Made by a program: the position numbers and the translations under genes. From positions 1-28,372 of the IMG/VR virus record IMGVR_UViG_3300042289_001106: 28,372 nt of DNA. One strand, written 5' to 3'. The notes under the pieces were generated by a model. The model did not search any database. It had not been told where the DNA came from and worked only from the letters and a program-made list of their open reading frames with translations. This document shows, piece by piece, positions 1 through 10,023 of this stretch (position 1 is the first letter of the stretch; every line of letters begins with the position of its first letter). Source of the stretch: a virus (taxonomy: Duplodnaviria > Caudoviricetes).

Positions 1-465
1 AATTCCATTTTGAGGACTTTGGGTAGAAACCATTAATCCTGAAGAATTGAAATATGGCATACCATTTGTATAGTATGGACCATAATATAAACCACCAGTA
101 ATAGTTGCAATACCAGTTATTCTGGCTTTTCTTGCAGTGAATTCATCAAAGAAAATATCATCATTAACATATAAATCTCCACCAATATAGACATCACTTC
201 TGAATGTTGATACACCTACAAAAGTAGAGACTCCTAGAACATTAATTCCTGTATTTGCAGTTAAAATGCCTGCAAATGTTGCACCATCTCTAAATGTAGC
301 AAATCCAACAATTGTTGAAATGCCACTTACATAAAGTTCTCTGACTGAAGCAATTCCACCAATTACATTTTCAGCACTAACTGCTCTTCCTCCAGCAGAA
401 CCTGAAAGACTAGAAATAACTTTAACGGCATTTTGTTGTCCAACGCGGACTTTAATATCTGCCAT
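1..465 (-). CDS. Tail fibre/virion structural protein, N-terminal part (runs off the window)
   Basis: Not in ORF track. ATG at 465 overlaps the TAA of the upstream gene (TAATG). Open for 155 codons: MADIKVRVGQQNAVKVISSLSG...LYVSGISTIVGFATF...VLGVSTFVGVSTFRSDVYIGGDLYV, with G(I/V)ST beta-repeats typical of cyanomyovirus fibres. Confidence 0.7.
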   Translation of the reverse strand, partial: MADIKVRVGQQNAVKVISSLSGSAGGRAVSAENVIGGIASVRELYVSGISTIVGFATFRDGATFAGILTANTGINVLGVSTFVGVSTFRSDVYIGGDLYVNDDIFFDEFTARKARITGIATITGGLYYGPYYTNGMPYFNSSGLMVSTQSPQNGI

Positions 466-806
466 TAGCGAGTAGCTCCTTCTCTTACAAGAACCATACC
501 TTCAATGACTCTATTTTTCACTCCAAATTCATCAGTAATAACAACATCATAAATGTATCTTCCTGGTTTAATTTCCGCTGTTTGTGCCGCTGTTAGTCTA
601 ATTAGAATTTGTCCACCAGATTCTGATTCAATCGTAGCATTAAAGTTAATAGCAGTAGTGCTTCCCGACCACTTTCTCATTTGGGAAGCAACTGTATAAT
701 TTGTTAAATCAAAGGAAGAATTTGTAGCAGATCCTTCTAAAGTGAAAAGTTGGCTAAAATTAGCTCCCGTATTTATAACCAGGTTATTAACATATACCGC
801 TGCCAT
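465..806 (-). CDS. Small virion structural protein (baseplate/fibre adaptor-like, Ig-like fold)
   Basis: 113 aa; DLTNYTVASQMRK...LTAAQT...GRYIYDVVI...RVIEG pattern common beside cyanophage fibre genes; preceded by a late promoter. Confidence 0.6.
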   Translation of the reverse strand: MAAVYVNNLVINTGANFSQLFTLEGSATNSSFDLTNYTVASQMRKWSGSTTAINFNATIESESGGQILIRLTAAQTAEIKPGRYIYDVVITDEFGVKNRVIEGMVLVREGATR

Positions 807-820
807 CTATTTTTAGAGAC

Positions 821-1009
821 CTACTTTTTATTTATATCTGGTGTTGGTCCGAGTGTTGCTAGAACTTCTTGCTGCCTAAGATAGAGTTTGCAGTATAATT
901 TTGAGAATTTTTTTAGTTCATCAAAACTAAGTTCATCAATAACTCTGGAATGTTTCTCATATTCAAACATTTTATTGATTGATTCAAGTTTAATTTCATC
1001 TGGATCCAT
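821..1009 (-). CDS. Hypothetical protein (62 aa)
   Basis: ATG start, tightly packed and co-oriented in the operon, overlaps the upstream gene by 14 nt. Confidence 0.7.
   Translation of the reverse strand: MDPDEIKLESINKMFEYEKHSRVIDELSFDELKKFSKLYCKLYLRQQEVLATLGPTPDINKK
829..836 (-). promoter_or_regulatory. T4-type late promoter TATAAATA
   Basis: Plus strand tatttata at 829-836, 23 nt upstream of ATG 806. Confidence 0.75.
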
Positions 1010-1199
1010 TAATAATCTCCTTTAATAAAGACTTAATTTCTTCAATATCTTTTTTCATATTATCAATTTCACTTTTTTGTAATGCTCTATTGTTCATAGC
1101 ATTAATATATTGAGTATAAGAAACATTATCGCAGTTAATTATAGCTCCAGTCTGTTCATCTCGATACAAATTTGGATGTCCTTGTACTGGTATCATCAT
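996..1199 (-). CDS. Hypothetical protein with C-terminal coiled coil (67 aa)
   Basis: IPVQGHPNLYRDEQTGAIIN...EIDNMKKDIEEIKSLLKEI; ATGA overlap with the upstream gene. Confidence 0.75.
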   Translation of the reverse strand: MMIPVQGHPNLYRDEQTGAIINCDNVSYTQYINAMNNRALQKSEIDNMKKDIEEIKSLLKEIINGSR

Positions 1200-4100
1200 G
1201 CTAACGCAATACTTCTAAGATCTTTAAATCTTGGAGCGTATGCTTGAGATCTACCAGACATTACAATTTTGATTGTATATCCGGTAAAACTACCAAGATT
1301 ATTAGCACTAAACTCATATTCTAAGAATTGATCTTTGAGACTTGCTGGAACAAATACGTCTGGAAGTCCACTGTTCTTGGATGGATCAACAACATCTAAA
1401 TATCCATCTTGATTGTTATCAATAGTTAGATTATCATATCCTGGGAATAATTCAAATGCTTGATTTACTTCACTGGAATCTGGTCTGATTAAACTATAAA
1501 GAACTCTAAAATCTGCTGTCGAATCTCTGTAAGCACTTAATATAACCTTCAGAGATGTTGCTGGTTGATTAAGTCTTACAGTGTTTGAAATGTATACCGC
1601 AGCGTGAGGATCATCTAAAATACTATTAACTCGATTATCTAAGGTATAATTTGAGATTGGGGAGTTTAATCTATTGCTTATAAGTTGTGCAGAAGATTCC
1701 TTCCAGAAAATCACTGGGGATAAATTTGTATCAGTGGTTGATAAATCTACCTTAATAGTGAAAGACTTATTTCTTAATAGAGATCCTAAGTATGTCTGCT
1801 CATTAATATTTGAACAAACAATTCTAGTTGAACTGAGATCATTTTCAACACCAATTTCTACAGGTTCATATCCTTGATCTACAAAAGAAGTTTCACTTCC
1901 GTTGACGCTAGTGCCGCTTACAGTTCTTATTTGAGCAACACTGGAAGTTACTGCTGAAGGATTGATAACTGATATTTGTGGAACAATAGTATTAAATTGA
2001 ATATTTTCAGATGCTCTAACTTCACTTCCACCACACACGGCATATGAGTTAAATGATAGTTGTGGAGCACCTGTAATAGAACCGTCGGTAGATCTATTGG
2101 TTGCATTTGCATCGAATGCTGACCTATCAATTTCAATATAGTAATTATCAATATCAATTCCAGTATCACTAATATCGTGTGTTTTATTAATTCTTCTTAA
2201 TGAAACACCACCAAGTTCATACTTATAAACCTGAGTATTGGTTGTATAAGTTAGAGCTAGGGTAGAATCAATACCTCTAGTAATTCCATTTAATGTCCCA
2301 CTACCAACAGAGGTATACTTAATAATTTCATTTTCAATTTTAACAAATCCTGGATTTGTTGCACTTACGGTAAGACCTTCAAAAGTATTGAAGTTGGATG
2401 TGGAAGCAATACTAATTGTTGTATTTGTTGAAGTTACTGGTTGTGTAAGAGTGGTAGGAATAATATCACTAATTGCATTAGAAATTGTAACTTTATTGTT
2501 ATTCGAATACATTCCATGATTAAAGTGATTCACTTTAAAGAAGTTGCCAGCATCAATTCCACCAATCGCAGTCGATGAAAGAACACTGGTGCCAGCAATA
2601 GATGTGGCATTTCCAGAAGTATCATAGTAGACTAATGTTGAAATTCCAGCAGTTACAAATGAATTACCTTGAACGTTGGAAAGATAAAGAGTATCGAGTC
2701 CAGTAATAGAATTAATGGTAATCCTTGCGTTTCTTCCTGATACTGAAGAAACAGAAGATGTAACAATTCCAACTACATCACCAACAGCATATCCATTTCC
2801 CGGATTTACAATTGTTGCAACACCAACAACACCACTTGTAGCAGTAATGTTCAGAGTTAGTCCTGTTCCATTACCTGTAATTGCATAAGTGGAAACTACA
2901 CCGTTCGAATAGTTTGTTCCTCCAGTAGTTACTCCTACAGTTGCAACAGAACTTCCAGTACCAACAATGTATCCATAAGTATATGGAGTACCAACTGAAG
3001 AAACTTTTCTACCAGTCGTTAAAATACCAATATTTGTGGTTGAAGTTGTAGATGTAATTCCAATCTTAAGTTGTCTTGGTAATAATGCAATTGGGCTTGG
3101 ATCTAGTTTTGGAATATATCCATTACTTTCATTTAGAGATGGATTGTGGAAGAATGCACTTCCAGTAGAGGAAGCAAATTTTGCCTTATAAAGTTTGAAC
3201 TTTAAATCTTGATATTGATTTGCCGTCCAAATAGATCCATTCTGAGACTTAAACAAACTTCCTAAAGCAAACTGTCTTGAGTATCTGATGCTTTGGGAAT
3301 CTGGGAGAGTTGAAGTTTCAATGGTCTTTTGACCCATTTCAGCGATCCAAACTTCGTATTGATCACTTTGAGGTGCAAGAAGAACGATTGCATACTCTAA
3401 ACCTGGTGCAAGATAAATTGGATAATCAAACGTGACTTTAGTTGCAACTGATGCATTTGTTGAAGTCTGAATGTCACTTGGTTTTAATGTGACTGGATTC
3501 CCAAGGATCTTAGTTGTTGGTGTCCCCAGTTCAACAGTTCTAACTTCAACAGTAAGTGGTGCATTTCCAGGATCCTTATTAGAAAAATACAAATCTACTG
3601 CTGTTAAGAATGCACCATTAACATCCTCACTTGGAGTATTTCCATTTGAATTATCAGTAGATCCACTGACCGTGAATGATTGTGCTAATGGATCAACATA
3701 ATAAATTGTTGTAGTTGCTGTAATTGTTCTCTGCTTCTGCTCCCAGGTTCCTTCAGATTTATAAATTGTTTCTCCACTTGAAATTAAATTGCTTCCAGGT
3801 AGAGGAGCTTCATTAGTTTGACTTGACGTTAGTTTATAAACTTTCGATCCTGTTGCAATTCTAACTGCTGGAACTGGACTTGCATTTGGATCTTTCAAGA
3901 AGAACGATCCTGCTAAGAATCCATTAAGATCACTAATTAGTCTAAGATCTTTTACATATGCAACAGAACCACTTGTTTGTCCAACAAGTTTCATACCAAT
4001 AGTCAAATATCCAGAATATAATCCTTGAGCTTCTGAACATAAAGATTCTACATCAATGTTTAAAACTTTAGAGGAAGCACTATAGGATGCTGGAATACTT

Positions 4101-7100
4101 TCTGTAGTTAGATATGGATTTGTTGTATATGTAACTGATGGATTACTATATGGACCCTCTTTATGATTTGCTTTTGCAACTCTAAAACTAATTGCCTGAC
4201 TTAATACTCCAGAGGTTGTATTAACATATCCAAAGACTTTTTCACCCACTTGGAATGCAGAAGAAGCGCCATAATTTTGAAGGGTTGAATCTGTTGCAAT
4301 TTCTACAAGTTTTGGAATGAAATCTACAGATCCGTTTCCATCTAAGAATTGATAGTATCTTGTTAATGGTCTTAGATTTACAGCTTTAAATCCAGTATTT
4401 CTGGATCTCATATAAAGTTCATTGCCTGATGCAACAACTTTATCTACAGTTGTGGTAGTTGTTTCTTGCCCAACAACTTGATATCTTCCGGTTGCATACA
4501 ACCAAACCCAATTTGTTTGATTGACATTTATATCTGGAAGGCGGATAGTTCTAACCCAACTATCACTTGCTGGACTTAATTTAATAGTACCACTATAAGA
4601 AACAATATTAAATGGATTTACATTTTCAACTTTAGTTGCAAATAACTGTTCAATCCAACCAACAGAATTATACTTTAATGTTAAGATTTCATCAGTTTTT
4701 TGTACATTTGAATCAAATAAAGCAAAATTTTGAGATAGATCTAGTGTTTCATCTGTTGCATTTTCTGCAGAAACAGGTTTAAGATTTATTGTATTTCTGC
4801 TAGTTTGTGTAATTAATTCACTGTTGTCAGTGTCTACTTCAATTTTAGATAATTCTAAATTAATCAAGTCACTATTTTTAAAATCATCTACAAAAAATCC
4901 AGTTTTAAAGCGACTTAATCCTTGTGCATCACGAATCTGGAGTGTTTGTGTGTTAAGTTCGAGTAATGATAATGAAGTGACTCTTTCTAAATTAACTACT
5001 CTATTTTCAATCTTACCAATATCACGCATAGTATATCTCTTGTTATCTACAAGAGTAATTGATGCATCTTTTGGATTATAAAGATACGGTGGTAATGTGA
5101 TGGTAGCAATTTCAATAGAATCACTTGGTTTTGCTGGTTCTTTTGGATCCAGTGCAGGAGTTCCTTGAGTAACTGTGAACTTTCCATTTTTATCAATGAA
5201 AAGTTTATCGATTCTTCCAAGATAAAATTGATACCCAATTAAAGCACTTTCATTAGGTGACATTAAAATTTTTGGTTCTGTACCAAAAGATCTTGATGCA
5301 AAATCAAATGGTGAGGATGATGTACTTGTGAATGGAGATACTCTTGGTCTAAAGTCTAAAGTATCAGAAACTCTGATATTATTTTTACCAACCAATGGAA
5401 TATCTGAAGTGAATCTTTCACCATCATAACTATTAACGGTGAATACATCTCCAGTATCACTTGTAGGCACTGAATAATAATCAAAAATTACTAAGAGTTG
5501 TTTTGATGGAGCACTTTCTCCTGAATTTCTAACAAGTTTAGAATAATCATAATATTGTTCTTTTTGCCCTTTATCTAAGGTGTATTTGGTAGTTATGTTT
5601 CTATAACTACCAAGAGTAATTGAAGAAATCGTAGTTTGAATTTTAGATTCTTCAAAAGTTACGGATTCTCCCTCAGAAAGGGTATTTCCATTCAAATAAA
5701 CAATACCTAAAGTATTGGAAGAAGGTTTTGATACAATTCTAGCAACTGCATTACTTACTCTTCCGATAATATTTTCACCAATAATTGCATTATTATCAAC
5801 ATTTACAACAGAACTAAATGATAGTTTAGTTAAAATAGGAGCATTTGTATCAAGAGACTCATAAACAGCGATTACTTTAACAACATCTGGATAATTTAAA
5901 CTAATCTCTTCATCTTGAACTCGTAAACCATAGTATTGATTATATGTAAGACCATCATTAATAGATGTGTTAACACCTACTCCAGATTGTGGATTTTTGG
6001 AAAGAGTTACATTAATTGTCTTACTTCTATTAAACTGCTTGACTTTACTTTGAATAGAGTTCTTAACAAATGTTGCAGTAATTGCAGAAATTGCCTTATT
6101 AGATATATTTGTAAATGTTACTTGAGATGAATTCAAACTTAAAGTAACTTTATCAGATGACAGACTTTCAATAGTTCCATCGGCATAAAAAATTGAATAT
6201 CTCTCTTCATCAAATGCTTCAAATCTTGCAGAAGTTGTATTGATACCAAGATTAAAATTACTGGTATTGACGGTTAAGGATCCACCAGATGGAGTTAGAG
6301 TGCCAGTGGACTGAGCGGTGAATGTAATTGTTGATGTGCTTAAATCAGTAGAGGCAATATTTGCATCTGGAAGTTGAGCATATAAAAATCCCTTATCATC
6401 ATTTAAAATCTTTGTTTCTCCAAGAGTATATGCTCCACTATATTGTGAAGTTGGCAACGATCCATCACACACACCATTTACGCTGGTAACACTTGCAAGA
6501 GTGAGTGATAGTCCAGTTGAAGATACTGAAGCAACTCTATTGTATGTTTCTGTAGATACTCCTGCTCTTTGATATCTGATTATATTATCTGTTCTGATTC
6601 CACTAAAGCTAAATGGTGAAGAAACTGTTGCGGTGCTAATTCCACCACTAGAAGCAGTAATTGTAATTGTTTCTGGTCTTATAGTTTTACTTAATTGAGT
6701 ATCTGATATAAACGCAGTGCTAAATCCAGATACAGATGTTGGTTGATGCACAGATCTAACATCTTCTATACTATAGACCTTAATAGAAGATATGGTTCTA
6801 GAATAATTTTCAGAACCATTGATTAAGATTTGCTCATTAACTGAAAATGCCCCAGAAGTTTGACTTAAAGCAATTGTTGCCCCACTAATCGATGCGACAT
6901 ATCCACTTGCACCACTACTCTTTCCTTTTATAAATGAAGTTATTGGTAGTTCTGTAGTCGTTAATGATTGATTTAGTGTTAACTCAGTATATGTTTGTAC
7001 ATCATATAGATATAAATCCCAATTTGTAGTTTGATTTGAATATGCAGCATCAGTTACATTAAATGTATAGACCCTTGCAGATCCTACAGTTGATCCTGCA

Positions 7101-8389
7101 GCGACAGTTGTACTATCTTTTCTTCTCCCCTGAAGATATACTATTCCTTTTTGACTTGGAGCTCCAGAGACATTATTTACTCTAACCAAGTTACCCATTT
7201 CAAAAGGAATATTTGCCGAAGAAACTGTTTGAGTTGTTCTTGGTTTGGAAACATCTATAATCTCAACTCCTGTTTTTTCAACGTCATATCCTTTAATATA
7301 AGCCTTACCAGGAGACATTTTAAAACACATCAGGTCATCTGATGGTGTATTACCTTGCTCTGTTTTTTCCGTATCAAAAAATAAACCATCATTACCAATT
7401 CTATTGTTTAACGAATTGTTTAATGAAAATTGAAATGGTGTTACAACATAATCACCAGATTCATCATAAGTCCTTTGTGCTAGATAATCTCTTATATTAG
7501 AATATTCAGTCTTAGTTTCTATCTTTTTAATAGCACCATTCTGTACTCTAAGTAATTCTACAAAATCAATATCATTATTATCAGTTAGAAGTCTTTTTGT
7601 TAATGTTAAAGAAATTTTGAATCTATCTGCTCCTGGAGCTGCATAGTTTGTAAATCCTTTTGCATTATCATATAAACTAGAATCGTCTCTAGCAGTGATA
7701 ATTTCTTCATTAATTCTTAATCCAACTCTATATGAGGGAGTATTAGTATAATAATCTAAAATTATAGTCTGTTTCGGTACTCTTACAAAGGTACCTCTAA
7801 TAAAGTATACTCCTTCACCAATTAAAGCCGCAGATCCAGTTGAAGTTGAATTTGAAGCAATTGTAGTAGCAAAGGGAGTTCCTGCAGTTATTGTAGTGGA
7901 TTGATATGTAATATCTTCTTCAATGTATAAAGACTCATTATCTTTAAAAGTTGCTACCTCAAAATTAGAATCCGAAGTTACATATTTTACATAAAGTGTT
8001 ACATATTCTACTTCAGAATCTGGAAGTTGTACTAACTGAACATTAGCAGAAACCCCCGAATCTGTTCCTATGATTTTCTTTCCAGCATATTTTTCAACAT
8101 AATTTGATATATCGATTCCATACTGAAGTTGATTTAACTTAACAGCATAAAACTGTCCATCGTAAGCAATATTTCCGGGGATCACCATCGATCCATCTTT
8201 GAAAATATGACTTCCAAATAATTCTACTTGATCTTGTAATATTGATTGGAGTGTGTTAAGTTCACGAGCTTGAATTGCTCTTCCTGGATTGAATAAAACT
8301 TTATAATAGTTTTTATCCCTTGCACCCACACTTTTTTCTGAAAAATCATCAAAATATGGATTTATATTAAGATTAGTTTTTTGAGCCAT
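1196..8389 (-). CDS. Large virion structural protein, VrlC-like (DUF4815-type), 2397 aa
   Basis: N-terminus NLNINPYFDDF...YYKVLFNPGRAIQARELNTLQSILQDQ, LAQRTYDESGDY, RFKTGFFVDDF, DPLAQSF and C-terminal PRFKDLRSIALA; position after gp8 is typical of cyanomyoviruses. Confidence 0.75.
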   Translation of the reverse strand: MAQKTNLNINPYFDDFSEKSVGARDKNYYKVLFNPGRAIQARELNTLQSILQDQVELFGSHIFKDGSMVIPGNIAYDGQFYAVKLNQLQYGIDISNYVEKYAGKKIIGTDSGVSANVQLVQLPDSEVEYVTLYVKYVTSDSNFEVATFKDNESLYIEEDITYQSTTITAGTPFATTIASNSTSTGSAALIGEGVYFIRGTFVRVPKQTIILDYYTNTPSYRVGLRINEEIITARDDSSLYDNAKGFTNYAAPGADRFKISLTLTKRLLTDNNDIDFVELLRVQNGAIKKIETKTEYSNIRDYLAQRTYDESGDYVVTPFQFSLNNSLNNRIGNDGLFFDTEKTEQGNTPSDDLMCFKMSPGKAYIKGYDVEKTGVEIIDVSKPRTTQTVSSANIPFEMGNLVRVNNVSGAPSQKGIVYLQGRRKDSTTVAAGSTVGSARVYTFNVTDAAYSNQTTNWDLYLYDVQTYTELTLNQSLTTTELPITSFIKGKSSGASGYVASISGATIALSQTSGAFSVNEQILINGSENYSRTISSIKVYSIEDVRSVHQPTSVSGFSTAFISDTQLSKTIRPETITITASSGGISTATVSSPFSFSGIRTDNIIRYQRAGVSTETYNRVASVSSTGLSLTLASVTSVNGVCDGSLPTSQYSGAYTLGETKILNDDKGFLYAQLPDANIASTDLSTSTITFTAQSTGTLTPSGGSLTVNTSNFNLGINTTSARFEAFDEERYSIFYADGTIESLSSDKVTLSLNSSQVTFTNISNKAISAITATFVKNSIQSKVKQFNRSKTINVTLSKNPQSGVGVNTSINDGLTYNQYYGLRVQDEEISLNYPDVVKVIAVYESLDTNAPILTKLSFSSVVNVDNNAIIGENIIGRVSNAVARIVSKPSSNTLGIVYLNGNTLSEGESVTFEESKIQTTISSITLGSYRNITTKYTLDKGQKEQYYDYSKLVRNSGESAPSKQLLVIFDYYSVPTSDTGDVFTVNSYDGERFTSDIPLVGKNNIRVSDTLDFRPRVSPFTSTSSSPFDFASRSFGTEPKILMSPNESALIGYQFYLGRIDKLFIDKNGKFTVTQGTPALDPKEPAKPSDSIEIATITLPPYLYNPKDASITLVDNKRYTMRDIGKIENRVVNLERVTSLSLLELNTQTLQIRDAQGLSRFKTGFFVDDFKNSDLINLELSKIEVDTDNSELITQTSRNTINLKPVSAENATDETLDLSQNFALFDSNVQKTDEILTLKYNSVGWIEQLFATKVENVNPFNIVSYSGTIKLSPASDSWVRTIRLPDINVNQTNWVWLYATGRYQVVGQETTTTTVDKVVASGNELYMRSRNTGFKAVNLRPLTRYYQFLDGNGSVDFIPKLVEIATDSTLQNYGASSAFQVGEKVFGYVNTTSGVLSQAISFRVAKANHKEGPYSNPSVTYTTNPYLTTESIPASYSASSKVLNIDVESLCSEAQGLYSGYLTIGMKLVGQTSGSVAYVKDLRLISDLNGFLAGSFFLKDPNASPVPAVRIATGSKVYKLTSSQTNEAPLPGSNLISSGETIYKSEGTWEQKQRTITATTTIYYVDPLAQSFTVSGSTDNSNGNTPSEDVNGAFLTAVDLYFSNKDPGNAPLTVEVRTVELGTPTTKILGNPVTLKPSDIQTSTNASVATKVTFDYPIYLAPGLEYAIVLLAPQSDQYEVWIAEMGQKTIETSTLPDSQSIRYSRQFALGSLFKSQNGSIWTANQYQDLKFKLYKAKFASSTGSAFFHNPSLNESNGYIPKLDPSPIALLPRQLKIGITSTTSTTNIGILTTGRKVSSVGTPYTYGYIVGTGSSVATVGVTTGGTNYSNGVVSTYAITGNGTGLTLNITATSGVVGVATIVNPGNGYAVGDVVGIVTSSVSSVSGRNARITINSITGLDTLYLSNVQGNSFVTAGISTLVYYDTSGNATSIAGTSVLSSTAIGGIDAGNFFKVNHFNHGMYSNNNKVTISNAISDIIPTTLTQPVTSTNTTISIASTSNFNTFEGLTVSATNPGFVKIENEIIKYTSVGSGTLNGITRGIDSTLALTYTTNTQVYKYELGGVSLRRINKTHDISDTGIDIDNYYIEIDRSAFDANATNRSTDGSITGAPQLSFNSYAVCGGSEVRASENIQFNTIVPQISVINPSAVTSSVAQIRTVSGTSVNGSETSFVDQGYEPVEIGVENDLSSTRIVCSNINEQTYLGSLLRNKSFTIKVDLSTTDTNLSPVIFWKESSAQLISNRLNSPISNYTLDNRVNSILDDPHAAVYISNTVRLNQPATSLKVILSAYRDSTADFRVLYSLIRPDSSEVNQAFELFPGYDNLTIDNNQDGYLDVVDPSKNSGLPDVFVPASLKDQFLEYEFSANNLGSFTGYTIKIVMSGRSQAYAPRFKDLRSIALA

Positions 8390-8392
8390 CTT

Positions 8393-9991
8393 TTAGAATT
8401 CCAGGATAATTTTAACGTCTTCTTTTTGTCTTAGACTTCTAGAAACTGTAGGTCTGTTATCAATGTAAATTATTTCTCCAGACTTATTATTTATTTGGGG
8501 TGATGCAAGACCATTTGTAAATTGAACCCCCAAGTTGATTATTCTATTAGAAATAGTTACCTTATTATCGGAAAATGAAGTATCAATACTTGCATTGAAA
8601 CCATCTCCAGTAATTTGGAGATTACTATCAGATACAAAATCTATTGAACTACCAGCACTTGTTCCCGAAGTATTAAAGAATGATGAAACACCTACAAAAT
8701 CTTGATATGTTGATCCATTTCCACCATTAAAATATAAAGAGCGATCTTTATAATATTTTAAAACTTTTGTTTCATCATCATATGATGCTACATATCCAAC
8801 TGCTTTTTTGCCAGTATTCGTATCAATTTGCTGTATTCTTGTGCCCACAGTTACAGCAGCATTTGATGGTGTAACAGAAGATAATTTTATAGCATATAAT
8901 GCAGAAAAATCATTTTCATTATACACAGTAGTATTAATTCCTGTAGAATCATAAACTGTAGGATTTTTTAAAATTCCAATTTGGGCAAATTTAGAGTCAA
9001 TTGGGAAATTTTTTGTAGAGTCATCAAAACGGGCATAAACTAAAATTCTATCTGCTCCCAGTTCTTTGTAAATATCAAATCCGTGACCCTTTGATGGTGG
9101 AATAATAGGAATTAATTCTGCATAGGTTGATGGTGTATTGGATCCAGTTGTTCCTAGATCAACTAGAGCATATGTGTAATTTTTTCCACCAGATGTTACT
9201 ACAGCATCAGTAATTTTTCCTTGTGTAGAGTCAATTTGTATAGAAACTTTCCCACCAGATCCATCACCAACTAGGTTGCAAGATTGCCCCGATTGTAAGT
9301 TATATCCGACACCGCCATTTTTAATATAAACCTTTTTAATCTGATTTTCATTTAGAGTCGAATCCCCATTTTCTCTCACTGCAACAATTTGGGGGTCTGT
9401 ATTTGTTTGCCAATTATTTGGTATTGTAATATATTCAGTAGTATCAAACTTAACAATATCACTTGGAGATGTAGTGTACAAATACTTCCAAGTATATCCA
9501 TCACTTAATTTGGATGGTTCCAAATCAGTAAATGTTGGTTCTACTTGAGATGCATTTCCAGTTGTTCTGATTCCAGATGATCCATTATCAATGCAAATAT
9601 AAACTTTATAATCTGAATTAATTACATAATAGTTTGCATCATATAACCTCATTGCACCAGTAATTGGAGATGGTGATAGAATACTATAGTCTGGTCGATA
9701 CATTTCGTACTGTTGACCAGAAACCCAATTAATTTTTCTAACTACCCTTCTAATATTAGCACTAGTAATCTTTCTACCAAATAAAATAGTAGATTCATAA
9801 TGATTTAAATAATCAATATTATCAATTGGATTTGGTGGAGTAGAGTTCCAATTGGTATCTCTTCCAAACCCAGATGTTGTTGGATTTGATAGTCCAACAA
9901 AAACATAATATGAATTTGCAGATTCCTGAACTTTATCTATAAAAGTAGATGCATTCAGTATTCTAAATTGATCTGTTACAAATGCAGACAT
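8393..9991 (-). CDS. gp8: Baseplate wedge subunit gp8
   Basis: YYVINSDYKVYICIDN, DGYTWKYLY, IIPPSKGHGFDIYKELGA and C-terminal SGEIIYIDNR...QKEDVKIILEF motifs; synteny. Confidence 0.85.
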   Translation of the reverse strand: MSAFVTDQFRILNASTFIDKVQESANSYYVFVGLSNPTTSGFGRDTNWNSTPPNPIDNIDYLNHYESTILFGRKITSANIRRVVRKINWVSGQQYEMYRPDYSILSPSPITGAMRLYDANYYVINSDYKVYICIDNGSSGIRTTGNASQVEPTFTDLEPSKLSDGYTWKYLYTTSPSDIVKFDTTEYITIPNNWQTNTDPQIVAVRENGDSTLNENQIKKVYIKNGGVGYNLQSGQSCNLVGDGSGGKVSIQIDSTQGKITDAVVTSGGKNYTYALVDLGTTGSNTPSTYAELIPIIPPSKGHGFDIYKELGADRILVYARFDDSTKNFPIDSKFAQIGILKNPTVYDSTGINTTVYNENDFSALYAIKLSSVTPSNAAVTVGTRIQQIDTNTGKKAVGYVASYDDETKVLKYYKDRSLYFNGGNGSTYQDFVGVSSFFNTSGTSAGSSIDFVSDSNLQITGDGFNASIDTSFSDNKVTISNRIINLGVQFTNGLASPQINNKSGEIIYIDNRPTVSRSLRQKEDVKIILEF

Positions 9992-10010
9992 CTGAATATT
10001 GTTTTTTCTA

Positions 10011-10018
10011 TATTTATA
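10011..10018 (-). promoter_or_regulatory. T4-type late promoter TATAAATA
   Basis: Plus strand tatttata in the 32-nt gp7-gp8 gap, 20 nt upstream of the gp8 ATG. Confidence 0.8.
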
Positions 10019-10023
10019 TCACG